A stretch of DNA of 62,098 bases, counting the filler, from Stramenopiles sp. TOSAG23-6 (taxonomy: Eukaryota): the NCBI GenBank assembly GCA_900128565.1. It is 22 parts of 22 records of this genome, joined end to end, with 100 filler letters (N's around TTAATTAATTAA, not from the genome) between each part and the next. Parts side by side here need not be neighbours in the genome. Positions count along the whole stretch, not along the records: positions 1 to 2,748 come from LT637843.1; positions 2,849 to 5,596 come from LT637844.1; positions 5,697 to 8,441 come from LT637845.1; positions 8,542 to 11,285 come from LT637846.1; positions 11,386 to 14,129 come from LT637847.1; 17 more parts are not named here. One strand, 5' to 3'. Both the position numbers and the translations under genes were made by a program. Below the pieces are notes generated by a model. It was not told where the DNA came from, made no database searches, and worked only from the letters and a program-made list of their open reading frames with translations. Positions 1-12,172 of this stretch are shown piece after piece. Position 1 is the stretch's first letter. The number at the start of each line of letters is the position of its first letter.

Positions 1-366
1 AACATATGCATTTTCCCAATCGCGCTTATATTGTTCTGTAGCTTGATCACTTCGTGAGGCGTGGTGCTTTGGGGCAACACTTCGTGAAGCTGAAGACTTA
101 CCTTCATTTCGTCTGTAACTTGAGTTAGAAACTCTATATGATCTACGACTCATCACAAAGAATAGAAAGAGCAACAATGCTAAACTCGGAAAATGAAATC
201 TCGCTTGTATTCAAATATTCAAATCTGAACATATGGCTTTCGCGTAACTATTATATGGTAGTTTGTTTTGCTGCATTATTTTTTTTATAAATTTGGGATT
301 GATTCAATTTTCGAATTCGAATTCAAAATTTTGACATTTGGATTCATATAGTATTAGCAAGACATA

Positions 367-1218
367 ATGATTTCCACTAAGATATTCATACTCAATTTAA
401 TTGTTTGGAACACTGTGATGATTCCCGTTCAAACGGCGGAATTGCTGGAACAGCAGAGAGGAGATCGTGACATACAAACAGAAAAAGCGAAACAGTGTCT
501 CATCGAAGAACGTTTCGACGACGCTGTTGCCATATACAAAAACGCTATTGATATTGGTCGTAATCTTAATTCTAAAAGTGATATGGTTGCCCAAGCAAAC
601 ATACATTATTCCTTGGGCCAAATATTTGAAAGAACATCACGAATGAAAGAGGCCTTAAGCTTATACAATCAAGCAATTGACAAAAATGAACACCACATCG
701 ATGCCTTTGTAAACAGAGGTTCTGTATTGTTCGAACTTGGTCGTGAAGTTGAAGCTACGGATAGCTGGGAGAAAGCGGCCTTAATGGATGAAGCTCATAA
801 TGCGAGTGGTTCAAATGAGGAAAATATATATCTAGAGTTTCTTGATGACTTGCGTGACATGAGGCAAAAAGCAATAGACGACGACGTCTCACGAGCTCAA
901 TTCCGAAGCCAACTTATTTCATTTTACCTAATTCATGATAGAACCCAACTTGAAAAACAACATTTAGACAATATAGTTGAGACATTTTATGATAGTCAAC
1001 AACAAATGTGGCAAAATTTAAGTTCAAGATATGGTGGTGTAGTTGCTCCTCTTTCGCAAAAATTTAGTCCTTCTGAAACACGAAAACAATACGAAACTAT
1101 AAATAAAACAACAGGTTTCCGCATTCCTCGAAAAGATGATATTGGACCTCCTAAAAGGCATCCATCCCTGAACAGATATACTCTCAATGAAATCATAGAA
1201 GACCCAATACTTCATTAA
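367..1218 (+). CDS. TPR-repeat protein with possible N-terminal signal peptide
   Basis: TPR-like helices (YSLGQIF..ALSLYNQAI; AFVNRGSVLFELGREVEA), hydrophobic N-terminus, TAA stop. Confidence 0.7.
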   Translation: MISTKIFILNLIVWNTVMIPVQTAELLEQQRGDRDIQTEKAKQCLIEERFDDAVAIYKNAIDIGRNLNSKSDMVAQANIHYSLGQIFERTSRMKEALSLYNQAIDKNEHHIDAFVNRGSVLFELGREVEATDSWEKAALMDEAHNASGSNEENIYLEFLDDLRDMRQKAIDDDVSRAQFRSQLISFYLIHDRTQLEKQHLDNIVETFYDSQQQMWQNLSSRYGGVVAPLSQKFSPSETRKQYETINKTTGFRIPRKDDIGPPKRHPSLNRYTLNEIIEDPILH

Positions 1219-1459
1219 ACTCGTTTTCATCAAGTTTTGCTTTTCTTAAAAAGTAGTCCTTCATTTGTATAATATAAGGTGACATTGACGGAATTTTCAA
1301 ATTTTTTGGAAAAAAATCAACANNNNNNNNNNNNNNNNNNNNNNNNNNNNNNNNNTGTTGATTTTTTTCCAAAAAATTTGAAAATTCCGTCAATGTCACC
1401 TTATATTATACAAATGAAGGACTACTTTTTAAGAAAAGCAAAACTTGATGAAAACGAGT

Positions 1460-2311
1460 TTAATGAAGTATTGGGTCTTCTATGATTTCATTGAGAGTAT
1501 ATCTGTTCAGGGATGGATGCCTTTTAGGAGGTCCAATATCATCTTTTCGAGGAATGCGGAAACCTGTTGTTTTATTTATAGTTTCGTATTGTTTTCGTGT
1601 TTCAGAAGGACTAAATTTTTGCGAAAGAGGAGCAACTACACCACCATATCTTGAACTTAAATTTTGCCACATTTGTTGTTGACTATCATAAAATGTCTCA
1701 ACTATATTGTCTAAATGTTGTTTTTCAAGTTGGGTTCTATCATGAATTAGGTAAAATGAAATAAGTTGGCTTCGGAATTGAGCTCGTGAGACGTCGTCGT
1801 CTATTGCTTTTTGCCTCATGTCACGCAAGTCATCAAGAAACTCTAGATATATATTTTCCTCATTTGAACCACTCGCATTATGAGCTTCATCCATTAAGGC
1901 CGCTTTCTCCCAGCTATCCGTAGCTTCAACTTCACGACCAAGTTCGAACAATACAGAACCTCTGTTTACAAAGGCATCGATGTGGTGTTCATTTTTGTCA
2001 ATTGCTTGATTGTATAAGCTTAAGGCCTCTTTCATTCGTGATGTTCTTTCAAATATTTGGCCCAAGGAATAATGTATGTTTGCTTGGGCAACCATATCAC
2101 TTTTAGAATTAAGATTACGACCAATATCAATAGCGTTTTTGTATATGGCAACAGCGTCGTCGAAACGTTCTTCGATGAGACACTGTTTCGCTTTTTCTGT
2201 TTGTATGTCACGATCTCCTCTCTGCTGTTCCAGCAATTCCGCCGTTTGAACGGGAATCATCACAGTGTTCCAAACAATTAAATTGAGTATGAATATCTTA
2301 GTGGAAATCAT
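1460..2311 (-). CDS. Mirror copy of the TPR ORF (likely artefactual)
   Basis: Identical to 367-1218, inside the fold-back. Confidence 0.5.
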   Translation of the reverse strand: MISTKIFILNLIVWNTVMIPVQTAELLEQQRGDRDIQTEKAKQCLIEERFDDAVAIYKNAIDIGRNLNSKSDMVAQANIHYSLGQIFERTSRMKEALSLYNQAIDKNEHHIDAFVNRGSVLFELGREVEATDSWEKAALMDEAHNASGSNEENIYLEFLDDLRDMRQKAIDDDVSRAQFRSQLISFYLIHDRTQLEKQHLDNIVETFYDSQQQMWQNLSSRYGGVVAPLSQKFSPSETRKQYETINKTTGFRIPRKDDIGPPKRHPSLNRYTLNEIIEDPILH

Positions 2312-2792
2312 TATGTCTTGCTAATACTATATGAATCCAATAAATATTGTCTTCTATTCTTGAACCTCTCTCTCTCTCTTGATGTTTCGCGATTNNNNNN
2401 NNNNNNNNNNAATGTCAAAATTTTGAATTCGAATTCGAAAATTGAATCAATCCCAAATTTATAAAAAAAATAATGCAGCAAAACAAACTACCATATAATA
2501 GTTACGCGAAAGCCATATGTTCAGATTTGAATATTTGAATACAAGCGAGATTTCATTTTCCGAGTTTAGCATTGTTGCTCTTTCTATTCTTTGTGATGAG
2601 TCGTAGATCATATAGAGTTTCTAACTCAAGTTACAGACGAAATGAAGGTAAGTCTTCAGCTTCACGAAGTGTTGCCCCAAAGCACCACGCCTCACGAAGT
2701 GATCAAGCTACAGAACAATATAAGCGCGATTGGGAAAATGCATATGTTNNNNNNNNNNNNNNNNNNNNNNNNNNNNNNNNNNNNNNNNNNNN

Positions 2793-2804
2793 TTAATTAA
2801 TTAA
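2793..2804. other. Artificial scaffold linker TTAATTAATTAA flanked by Ns (first of 21; others start at 5641, 8486, 11330, 14174, 17007, 19838, 22669, 25499, 28329, 31159, 33982, 36804, 39626, 42447, 45267, 48086, 50899, 53712, 56525, 59335)
   Basis: Identical six-frame-stop 12-mer between N runs every ~2.8 kb. Confidence 0.98.
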
Positions 2805-2848
2805 NNNNNNNNNNNNNNNNNNNNNNNNNNNNNNNNNNNNNNNNNNNN

Positions 2849-5596
2849 GAAGACTCCGACGTTTTGGTGGATTTGGTACGATTTTCAATAATCTTCTTAA
2901 CAAATGTAGTTGCCCTTCTAGTTGACGGGATGTTTTTTTATTTTTCGCAATGTACGAGCATAGAAAACCATGGACGGCTGACATTATAGAAAGAAAACCC
3001 GTATATTCTTTACTTTCCTTGTCTCCTTTTTGTAGTTCTATCGTGTTATTCTGTTGATTCATTGCACTGAATTTTGAATTTTCATATTTCTCAATAATCT
3101 TTCGCAGAACAGGTAATTCATAGATATTAAGAATAATCAAATACACTCTTTCATCATATAAAAAGGTTTGAACAGCATTCATACTTTTCAACAGCATCCT
3201 TTGTAGCATCGAGCAGACGAATTATGTTTCCAATATTTGTGGAGGATTTTGCAAGTTTAGCGTTGTTAGCGGAGTCAAGATTGGATACTTTCGATAAGTG
3301 CTCCATAAACCCTATCTTTATCGAGTGGCGTAGCATGATTAAATCAACGCTCATTTGAACAATTACTATATCTTGATGCAAACACATATCGAATAGAAAA
3401 TCATCTACATTGGTATTATCTGTTGTCATTACTTCAAAATCAACTAAAAAACTTTCAATGGTAGATTTGAAGCGCTTAATCAAACCAAATTCGGTATACA
3501 ATTCTGGATTATTTCTACGATACTGCTCGCCAACAATGAACATGTGATACCCCGATGATTTATATAAGAAATCATTAAGATGCTTATCTTTTGAAATTCT
3601 AAAATAGCTGCGCAATAATTTTAAGCACTCTCGTTTGCATAATATATTTGGAATTGTGTCTAAACTGCGAATATTTCTCTTAGAAATAGTAGTAGATTTC
3701 CTTTCGACGGCCATTGGTCTTAGATTAATGAGAAAATCATCTCCGTGTTCTCTACCCTTCATTTGGAACTTTGATAAACCTTTTGTAGCAAGTGAAACAA
3801 TATACTTGAGTAAAATGATGCACCGACATATGCGTAGTGTATTTAATATTATTCGAGCTTGGTGAAGAGTGGATGCCACGTTCTTGTCTGATAGTAACAA
3901 TGTTTTTTTGGAAAAATATTTCAAAAAAAAATCTAAAAAACATTGTTAGGTACAAAATTTCGTACGAAAAAAAATCGAATTTTCAAAAAAATAAAACATA
4001 CATATCATACACCATGCGTCAAGAATAGATGCAAAGACGTCATTATAAGATTGTATGTCATTAAAGTATTCACTTGATCCTCTAATATGAATCTGAGCNN
4101 NNNNNNNNNNNNNNNNNNNNNNNNNNNNNNNNNNNNNNNNATGGAATTGGTCGTTTTTGATATTATTATACTTAAATGAAAACAAAACTCAATGAAAAGA
4201 AATGACAAATAATGTGAACTCCCCAAAATATCATCTTGAAATTGAATGGAATTTCTATTGTGAGAGTTAGCATTTGATGTTTGTTTAATCTCAAGTTCTT
4301 TGTCAGGAGGCACATGTACAGAACTTTCATCTAACCCATCGCATCTTTTGTTGTGGTTTTGAATGATATTACAAAATACGGGAATAATATCTGTGAAATC
4401 TTTTTTGGTGGTATAGTAGCCGAATTCTACCAAATATGTTACAGTACTTAAAACAGTAGCAGTAAAAAGATCTCCATCTTTCGAGGAACCGAATGAGTTA
4501 GATAGTTCTGCCTCAGGATCATTCAGCACATGTATATGCGNNNNNNNNNNNNNNNNNNNNNNNNNNNNNNNNNNNNNNNNNNNNNNNNNNNNNNNNNNNN
4601 NNNNNNNNNNNNNNNNNNNNNNNNNNNNNNNNNNNNNNNNNNNNNNNNNNNNNNNNNNNNNNNNNNNNNNNNNNNNNNNNNNNNNNNNNNNNNNNNNNNN
4701 NNNNNNNNNNNNNNNNNNNNNNNNNNNNNNNNNNNNNNTCTTTTCGCATTCCAACAATAAAAAGCAAATCAAAAGATACAAATGACTTTGCAATCTTTAT
4801 GCCATTGTAGTTACGGTTTTTGCATAAAGCGGTGAAGAGATCCATTTGCGCCACAAAGTACTTTGCAATATTTTGATGATACATTCTTTCTGCAAACGTA
4901 ACTTTTTCAAGTTCAAGTGTTTGAAAGGCTATTGAAAGACTTCTTTTTAATTTCCCATCTTTGGAGTTTGCAGTTATTGAAGAAGATTTCACATCTTTTA
5001 CTTTATGTTCACCATCTTGATCCCCTCTTCTAAGCAATGAAGTTAATAGTATATTTCTATCAGGTTTGTTAAATGTACTTTTCGAAGTCCATGATAATGC
5101 AACCCCAGTATCTGCTTCAGGTTGTAAAAGGGAAGCACCATGAATCGTCGTAGTGTTTGATACAATGTTTTCCATATTTAATCTCATTTTGAGTTTATCT
5201 ATATCCCCACGAATGGAATTATTTGCATTAATGTTAGGAGGTGCTAATCGGGCCTTCAAAAATAGATCTATATTTTCATCTTTTGCCAAAAGTTGACATA
5301 AAAGGTTTTGATTATCTTGCAGAATATCAGTCTTACCAGCGATAAAATTTTTATCTGAGTCACAGTGACACAAAGCAGTAACAACTTCCAAACATTTTGA
5401 GTGCATTCCTACATTTCGAATGTATATGATTATATATTGAATTATTTCATTGGCACAGTTTAGAACTAATTCTTTGTTACTCTCAAAAAGGTGTTGTAAA
5501 CATTCCGCTGCACCTATATCTAAAGATATTTGATTGATTGTAAACTTTAACCACTGTGAAAAATACATTTCACATAGACGATTAGATGAAAATGAC
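2849..5596 (-). CDS. IP3/ryanodine receptor-like Ca2+ channel, internal fragment (gaps, intron 3900-4001, frameshift near 3180)
   Basis: RIH-like motifs NQNLLCQLL, YFVAQMDLFTALCKNRNY, YLVEFGYY. Confidence 0.65.
3900..4001 (-). other. Family intron, GT..CAT
   Basis: Full consensus; removal joins DAWCMI to LLLSDKNVAS in frame. Confidence 0.85.
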
Positions 5597-5751
5597 NNNN
5601 NNNNNNNNNNNNNNNNNNNNNNNNNNNNNNNNNNNNNNNNTTAATTAATTAANNNNNNNNNNNNNNNNNNNNNNNNNNNNNNNNNNNNNNNNNNNNTACC
5701 TAACAAAAAAAATTTAGATTTTTTTTTTTGAAATATTTTTCCAAAATACAT

Positions 5752-6968
5752 TTATTAACTTTATTACCTGATAAAAATCATCTTGAACAAAAAGTAAAAT
5801 ATGAAACATTGGAAGATTTGGAATATGTATGTTTTATTTTTTTTTTTTACAAAAAAATCGATTTTTTTTTTCGTACGCAATTTTGTACCTAACGAATTTT
5901 TTTTTTTTTTTTTTGAAATATTTTTCCAAAATACATTCAGATATAGAAAAAATACATCCAGAATGTATAGAACTAAGATTAGTATTACCAAAACCGATTA
6001 AAGGTGATTGTATACAATGGAATACTACTACTACTACTACTACTACAGACAATAGCCAGAAAAATACAACGCATAATGATTCAACATCTCGCTCACGACG
6101 TGGTAGAGGACTTGTCATTCATGCAGCAATGACTGGGCAAATGAACATTTCAAAACTTTCATCAAAAAATGTGTCTGAAATAAAAGTAAAAAACACAAAA
6201 AACACAAAAAACACAAAAAACACAAAACAAAATTCAAAAGTATTCTCTACAGTACCTCATTTCAACCCAGAGACTGATCTTTGGGCGTATCATAATAGTT
6301 TTGATAGTTTACATGAATCTTTATCAACAAAACATACTATTCCTATCCAAAGTGGAACAAACCTGAAACATATAAAGAGTGCAAGGGAACATGTCACTCA
6401 AGCTTTTGCACCTCATAACAATACAATAGAAGAAATAGAAGAAGATAATAAAGACGTTAGAAAGCCGTCAACAATACATGATCAATCTGTTTATTTTATG
6501 TCACGAAATGGAAATGTACTTTTTCATCATTCATTTCAAATGTATTTATTTTTGGTACGAAATTTTGTACCTCTACTATAATTTTGTTTATGATTTTGTT
6601 TTGTACCTTTCTAATACATTGACATATTTACATTGTTTTTACAATACATGTGGATCCATATAAACGCCCTAAAGGAGTAAAAGAAGTATCAAATGTCACT
6701 TCATTAGTAATGTATGTTTTTGTTTTTTTTCAATTTCGAAACAAAATTTTCATACGAAATTTTGTACCTAACAAATTTTTTGAATTTTTTTTTGAAATAT
6801 TTTTCCAAAATACATTCCCTGTTTTGGAATTGATAATGAAATAAGTAACGAAAAAACGACTACAAATATTCAAAAAACAAAAGTTTTAGGTGTATTACAA
6901 CTTTTATTATGTCCTGGTCGAGAAAGTTTTAGCCCTGAACAGATTTGTGCAGCAAAAATGTATGTTTT

Positions 6969-6999
<31 letters not shown>

Positions 7000-7772
7000 T
7001 TTTTTTCGAAAAAAAATACCAAACAATTTTTTTGTACCTAACAAATTGTACAAAAACAAAATATTCTTCATAGTATATGTGTGCACATTTATTATCTTTT
7101 GCACTCACTGCAAGAAATATAGCAATGAATTTATATAAACATCATGATGGGGATACAACAATGTTTTGCACTGATTTATCCAAGACAACAAGTGTGATGT
7201 TGGAAGCACATGACAAAATTACAAAATTATCAAATGAATATCGCATTCTTCAACAACAACGTGAATTAGATTTGGTACAGTATCAGAAAAATATACAAAA
7301 TATAACAAATAGACATCAACATGACAAAGTACACGTATCTGTTGAATCAAGTAAATTAAGAAGTTTATGTACTCGATGTATCTCAGACAATCATTTTATG
7401 TACGTTTTTTCTATATTTTTGTTTTTCTATATTTTTGTTTTTCTACATGTATTGAAAATTTGGTTTTGTTGTTTTTGGTATTAAACATTCAAAGCCTATA
7501 ATTTGGTTTTGTTGTTTTTGTTGTACTATGATTATATCCAATGATGTTTTTACTAATATATTTATATATGTATCATTATATTCACACAATACATGTCACA
7601 TACATTAAAACAAATCTTAGATAATTGTGATGACAAAAATCTGTTACATCTTTCAGAGGATCACATTGATGAAATACTTAGAATTGTGCATCGTGTTGAA
7701 GGATGGAAAGATCATGAAGATGAAGTTAAAAATATATGTGATTATTTAGAGACTTGGAAAAAAAAGAATTGA
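5752..7772 (+). CDS. GAF-domain/coiled-coil protein, 5'-partial; exons 5752-5826, 5937-6515, 6650-6711, 6816-6959, 7079-7399, 7595-7772
   Basis: All five GT..YAT excisions keep frame and build GAF-like VDP..TSLVIPCFG..VLGVLQLL..FSPEQ. Confidence 0.75.
5827..5936 (+). other. Family intron, GT..CAT
   Basis: Consensus; phase 0, EDLEY|SDIEK. Confidence 0.9.
6516..6649 (+). other. Diverged family intron, GT..CAT
   Basis: GTACTT..GGTACGAAATTTTGTACC..ACAATACAT; phase 0, RNGN|VDPY. Confidence 0.75.
6712..6815 (+). other. Family intron, GT..CAT
   Basis: Consensus; restores SLVIPCFG. Confidence 0.9.
6960..7078 (+). other. Family intron, GT..TAT
   Basis: In frame at TAT; using the AG ending at 7073 gives a frameshift and early TAG. 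Confidence 0.85.
7400..7594 (+). other. Long diverged family-like intron, GT..CAT
   Basis: GTACGT start, TACTAAT branch-like motif, CACAATACAT end; in frame. Confidence 0.75.
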
Positions 7773-7843
7773 TGAAAATATATATGTGATTATTTAGAGA
7801 CTTGGAAAAAAAAGAATTGAAAAGTAACTAGCTAATATGTACT

Positions 7844-8030
7844 ATATACTATGGATATATGTGATATTGTAAAAATAAAATTATATGAAAAACAACACAG
7901 TGTATTTATCAATTTATAAAAACTCATGATTTTTACTATATACTATGGATATATGTGATATTGTAAAAATAAAATTATATGAAAAACAACATAGTGTATT
8001 TATCAATTTATAAAAACTCATGATTTTTAC
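7844..8030. repeat. ~94-bp tandem duplication between convergent 3' ends (a second ~49-bp duplication lies at ~7728-7820)
   Basis: Direct repeat of TATATACTATGGATATATGTGATATTG... Confidence 0.85.
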
Positions 8031-8077
8031 TTACTCAAATATATTATACTTTTAATTATATATATAAAAAGACAAAT

Positions 8078-8387
8078 TCATATCAAAATTACACTTTTAT
8101 CAGAGACAACACGAATTCTACCACGTTTTTTCTTTGTTGTATTTTTATGTAAAACTAAAAATCGTTTTGAAAAACTTTTTTTTTTTGATGTTTTTGATGT
8201 TTTTGATGTTTTTGATGTTTTTGATGTTTTTGATGTTTTTGATTTTTCGTGTAAGGCACAAAGCTGCTGAATACTAAGGATAGGACTCAATGATGGTCGA
8301 CCATGTGCACATTGAAAAGGTTCATTTGTTGAAGCAAGTTGTTTAATTAATATATTTGCAAGATGTTTATCAATTGTATCACCAAAC
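8078..8387 (-). CDS. MLH3: MutL homologue MLH3, last exon (partial family intron ends at 8388)
   Basis: FGD..LIKQL..PFQCAHGRPS motif typical of the MLH3 C-terminus; KTS-repeat tail. Confidence 0.8.
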
Positions 8388-8595
8388 ATGTATTTTGGAA
8401 AAATATTTCAAAAAAAATCTAAAAAAATTGTTAGGTACAAANNNNNNNNNNNNNNNNNNNNNNNNNNNNNNNNNNNNNNNNNNNNTTAATTAATTAANNN
8501 NNNNNNNNNNNNNNNNNNNNNNNNNNNNNNNNNNNNNNNNNTTTGTACCTAACAAATTTAAGTTTTTTTTTTTGAAATATTTTTCCAAAATACAT

Positions 8596-9160
8596 TAAGC
8601 TTCCAGAATACGATCTCGATCATACAACGAATAAAAACAATAATACAAAACAAAAGGATAAAAATGATGGGAAATATTTTGTTGTGAAAGAAAGTCAACA
8701 TATTAGAATTAGGAGTCTTTTAATCTTAAGAGATAAAACACGAAAAACACATCGAAGTAATCAAAATGTTCATTTGGCTACTGAAAATAAATACAAATGT
8801 TCAAGTTCTAGAAGTAGCTGCCATCAAGAGTTTTCTAGGGTAAGACGAAGAAATGAAGGCAATACAAATAATATAAGCCAGAAAAAATCAAATGCTAATA
8901 AGAATGATTCAAATCCAAACGAGAATAATAATGGATATGTAACTGCAAATGTACTATTTGAGTCATGTATCTTTTATTTTTTTCAATTTCGAATTTATTT
9001 TTTTTTCGTAGGAAATTCCGTACCTAACAAATTTTACAAAACATTTTTTTTTCACAATACATGTATGTTAATTATGGTATTTATTATTGTTGTAATTTTT
9101 GCTATAATTCTTGTTATTCTTGGAGATTATACTACTTCATTCATTTCTTTTGGTTCTTAG
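8596..9160 (+). CDS. Unknown protein C-terminus with terminal TM helix (intron 8967-9062)
   Basis: Open frame after partial intron ending 8595; hydrophobic C-terminal segment; TAG stop. Confidence 0.6.
8967..9062 (+). other. Family intron, GT..CAT (96 nt, stop-free)
   Basis: GTATCT..TACCTAAC..CACAATACAT, CAT direct repeat at both junctions. Confidence 0.85.
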
Positions 9161-9386
9161 AATTATTATTGTTATTCTTGGAGATAAATGCAAATCATTT
9201 TACATGATAAAAATATAATAAGGGTCCAAAAAAAGTAAAGTTTTATATAATATCAAGAATTTATTAAATTTAGGATTCCCTAAAAATAATTTAAAATAAG
9301 ACGGTTCTGAACCATTGGTGTTGTTATACACTTCTATATAAAGTTCAAGCTTGCTCATGAGAAATGTTTTCATACAACTTTTACAC

Positions 9387-11230
9387 TTACTCGTGATTGA
9401 GTTGTTCCACAAGCTTATCATGCGCAAATCCAACGACAATTTTCTTTAACGCTAAAGATTTTGGTAAATCGCTTTGAGTGCGCTGAATAGAGCGAATATC
9501 TTCCTCAAATTTGAGCAATGTATTTTCAAGAAATTCTTTATGTTGTTTCCATTCATCATCGCCTATATCTTGATTTCGCATCATTTTTTCCAGTAGACAT
9601 TTGAGCTGTTTTTCACCATCAGACGTTTCCAAGAGTGCTTGCAGTTGTCTATGAGACTCAAAATTATTGGATACATCAAGAACTAGAAAAAATATTTCAA
9701 AAAAAATCTAAAAAAAAATGTTAGGTACAAAATTTCGTACGAAAAATAAATAAATTCGAAATTAAAAAAAATAAAACATACACTTTTTGTACTAATTATT
9801 TCTCCATCGTTTAGATTAGCAGTAGACATTGGTAAAACTCCATCAACACATGAATGCCTATTCGTTCGTTCCAATGTAGACAATGAACGAATATTTGATC
9901 TAGAATCTGCATTATTGCGAAATTTTAATTTTGCACTATACACCGCATCAACATCTGCCAATGCCTGTATTTTCATGGAGCTATCACTTTGATTAGGGTT
10001 AGGGTTAGCATCAACATCTGCCAATGCCTGTATTTTCATAGAGCTATCACTTTGATCATTAGCGTTTAATTTTTTATTTTTTCTTGTTTTTGGTGGCTCA
10101 GATACAACAGTATTACAAATATATGCCCACAATTTGATTGCAGTTGCAGGAAAATATTCTTTGAGCAAAGCAGCTGATTTTGAAAAGATAGCCTTGTCCG
10201 AGGTAGATATTGCGAGGAAATTTACCTCATTAGCAAGATTAGTCTTTTGTGTATCACTGAGCGCTTTAAACATCGATTCATCTGAACGTTCAAATACAGC
10301 TTCCATTGCATCAAGAGCTACAGCACTAACATTGCCGTCAGTAGCTTGTAACAATAACAATAAAGTATCCACGGCGCCTAAACTCAAAAGTCGAGCGAGA
10401 TGTTCACGAGAGCAACCATTACAAGCATTGAGCAAAGCAATCGCTGCTTCTTTTTTCACTTCCCAATCATCTTCATGTGCAACACGTAATAGCTCTTTTG
10501 CGGCATCTGGTTCAGTATGATCTAACAGTGCAGCCACCTGTGCTGGTGTACCCGCAGCAACATTAGACAGAGCCCAACAAACATCTTTTCGAATTCGTTT
10601 TTTGGGATGGCGAAGTAGAGGTAAAAGTGCAGTAAGAACACCCGCATCAAGAACACTCTGTGTCTGTGTGTCAGTCCCTGAAACCAAAGAACCAATGGTA
10701 ACTAAAGCAGGAGTCACAACAGCTGTTGAGGGGTGACATAACAACTTTGCAAGTGGTGCAGCAGCACCGGACTGTAGCACAGCCTCAACCCGATTATTAT
10801 CTCCATCGGAAATGTATGAAAGAGCCCAGCAAGCGTCAGCCAAAACTTCTGGATCATTCATTCGAAGCAACACTGCCAACACGGGAAGAGTCGGTAAAAC
10901 ATCTGACAATGACGTTGATGGTTTTCCACGACAAAACGAAGACAATGCCCACGTAGCATTTTGAAGCATAGATAGTCCTGAAGGCCGACGAATGTTATAC
11001 AGTAATCCTTCCACAGAGCCATCTACACGTAACACTAGATCACGCAAGAGTGGACCATCACCAGCAATATTACCAAGACACCAACAACACTGCTCTCGTA
11101 CATCATCATCTGAAGAACGAAGTAATTGTACAAGCGCGGGTAAAGCTCCGGCATCGACAACTACTTGTGTATGTTCGCTTGATGCAATGTTAGTCAAAGC
11201 CCAAGCTGCTTCAAATTGTAATGTTGGATC
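9387..11230 (-). CDS. KPNA: Importin-alpha (ARM repeats) with a long atypical C-terminal extension, 5'-partial
   Basis: LQFEAAWALTNIAS, WCLGNIAGDG, NATWALSSFCRGKP, DACWALSYISDG. Confidence 0.9.
9675..9781 (-). other. Family intron, GT..GAT (alternative in-frame reading 9683-9783 GT..AG)
   Basis: Consensus 5' end and branch motif; both solutions keep frame. Confidence 0.65.
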
Positions 11231-11385
11231 ATGTATTTTGGAAAAATATTTCAAAAAAAATCGTTAGGTACAAAATTTCGTACGANNNNNNNNNNNNNNN
11301 NNNNNNNNNNNNNNNNNNNNNNNNNNNNNTTAATTAATTAANNNNNNNNNNNNNNNNNNNNNNNNNNNNNNNNNNNNNNNNNNNN

Positions 11386-11957
11386 ACTTTAGCGATGGTG
11401 TACTTGTAGCTGAAATTTGTAAATTTTACTGTCCCAGATTGGTTGAGTTACACCATTATTCCGCAGCAAATTCAAAGAAACAAAAGCTATATAACTGGAA
11501 ACATTTACAGTCAAAAGTATTTAAACCTCTTGATTTCAAAAACGAAAAATCCCTTATTAATGCGGTTGTCAATTGCAAACACGGAGCCATAGAAAATGTT
11601 TTAATCAATCTTAAATCAAAACTTTTAACAAGAGTGAGCAGAAGTACACACCGGTGAGGTAACTTTAATAACTCCCCGCGGAAAGCAAGATCAATTAAGG
11701 ATTATGTGCGAGGTGACGTACCCCCTAGAATCTCTCATAGAATGATAGAAGATGAGTCAAAGAAGCAAAATGCTGTCAGTCGTGTATCTATTTTACAAAA
11801 GGAAATTGACACTGAAATAATTTTGGAAAAAGAACAAATCATTCACGATCTGAGAGAAACTATTCAAATATTAAACCTCAAAGTTAGAAAACTGGGACAG
11901 TTATGCCGTCTTAAAGATACAAAAATTGAGCAATTGATGGCACAACTTCAACAGTAA
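11386..11957 (+). CDS. SPEF1: SPEF1-like calponin-homology flagellar protein, 5'-partial, in-frame TGA at 11655-11657
   Basis: FSDGVLVAEI..PRLVELHHYSAANSKKQKLYNW; C-terminal EKEQIIHDLRETIQILNLKVRKL..KD..I coil in the same frame. Confidence 0.8.
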
Positions 11958-12172
11958 CTATTTATCTTTATTTTTCGAAATAAGAGCCAAAAAATAAATT
12001 TATTTTACGCTGGTTTCAAATTTTTTTTCGTACAATTTTATACCTAAACAATTAACTCTATATTGGTTTTTCCACAACTCCTTGGTCGTTCATTTGAATA
12101 GCTTTTACATCATTATTTTCCACGTCTCTCTCATTGTCTTTCTCAACATCAATTACTTGAATTGGATTAGGC

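Larger units (their letters stand above)
1..2748. repeat. Fold-back inverted duplication (1-1322 mirrored by 1356-2748), probable amplification/assembly chimera
   Basis: Arms are exact reverse complements around an N gap, apart from a short insert near 2341-2410; identical 283-aa ORF on both strands. Confidence 0.9.

Noticed and set aside
1-2748. Giant palindrome as a hairpin telomere or inverted-repeat element
   Set aside because: Perfect identity centred on an N gap is typical of amplification fold-back chimeras
5827-7594. Conserved repeats with unique spacers as a CRISPR-like array
   Set aside because: The spacers are exons that splice into one eukaryotic ORF; lengths are irregular and no cas genes are present
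8967-9062. U12-type AT-AC introns
   Set aside because: The family lacks RTATCCTT and TCCTTAAC consensus; copies at 19608 and 54528 cannot be read as AT-AC
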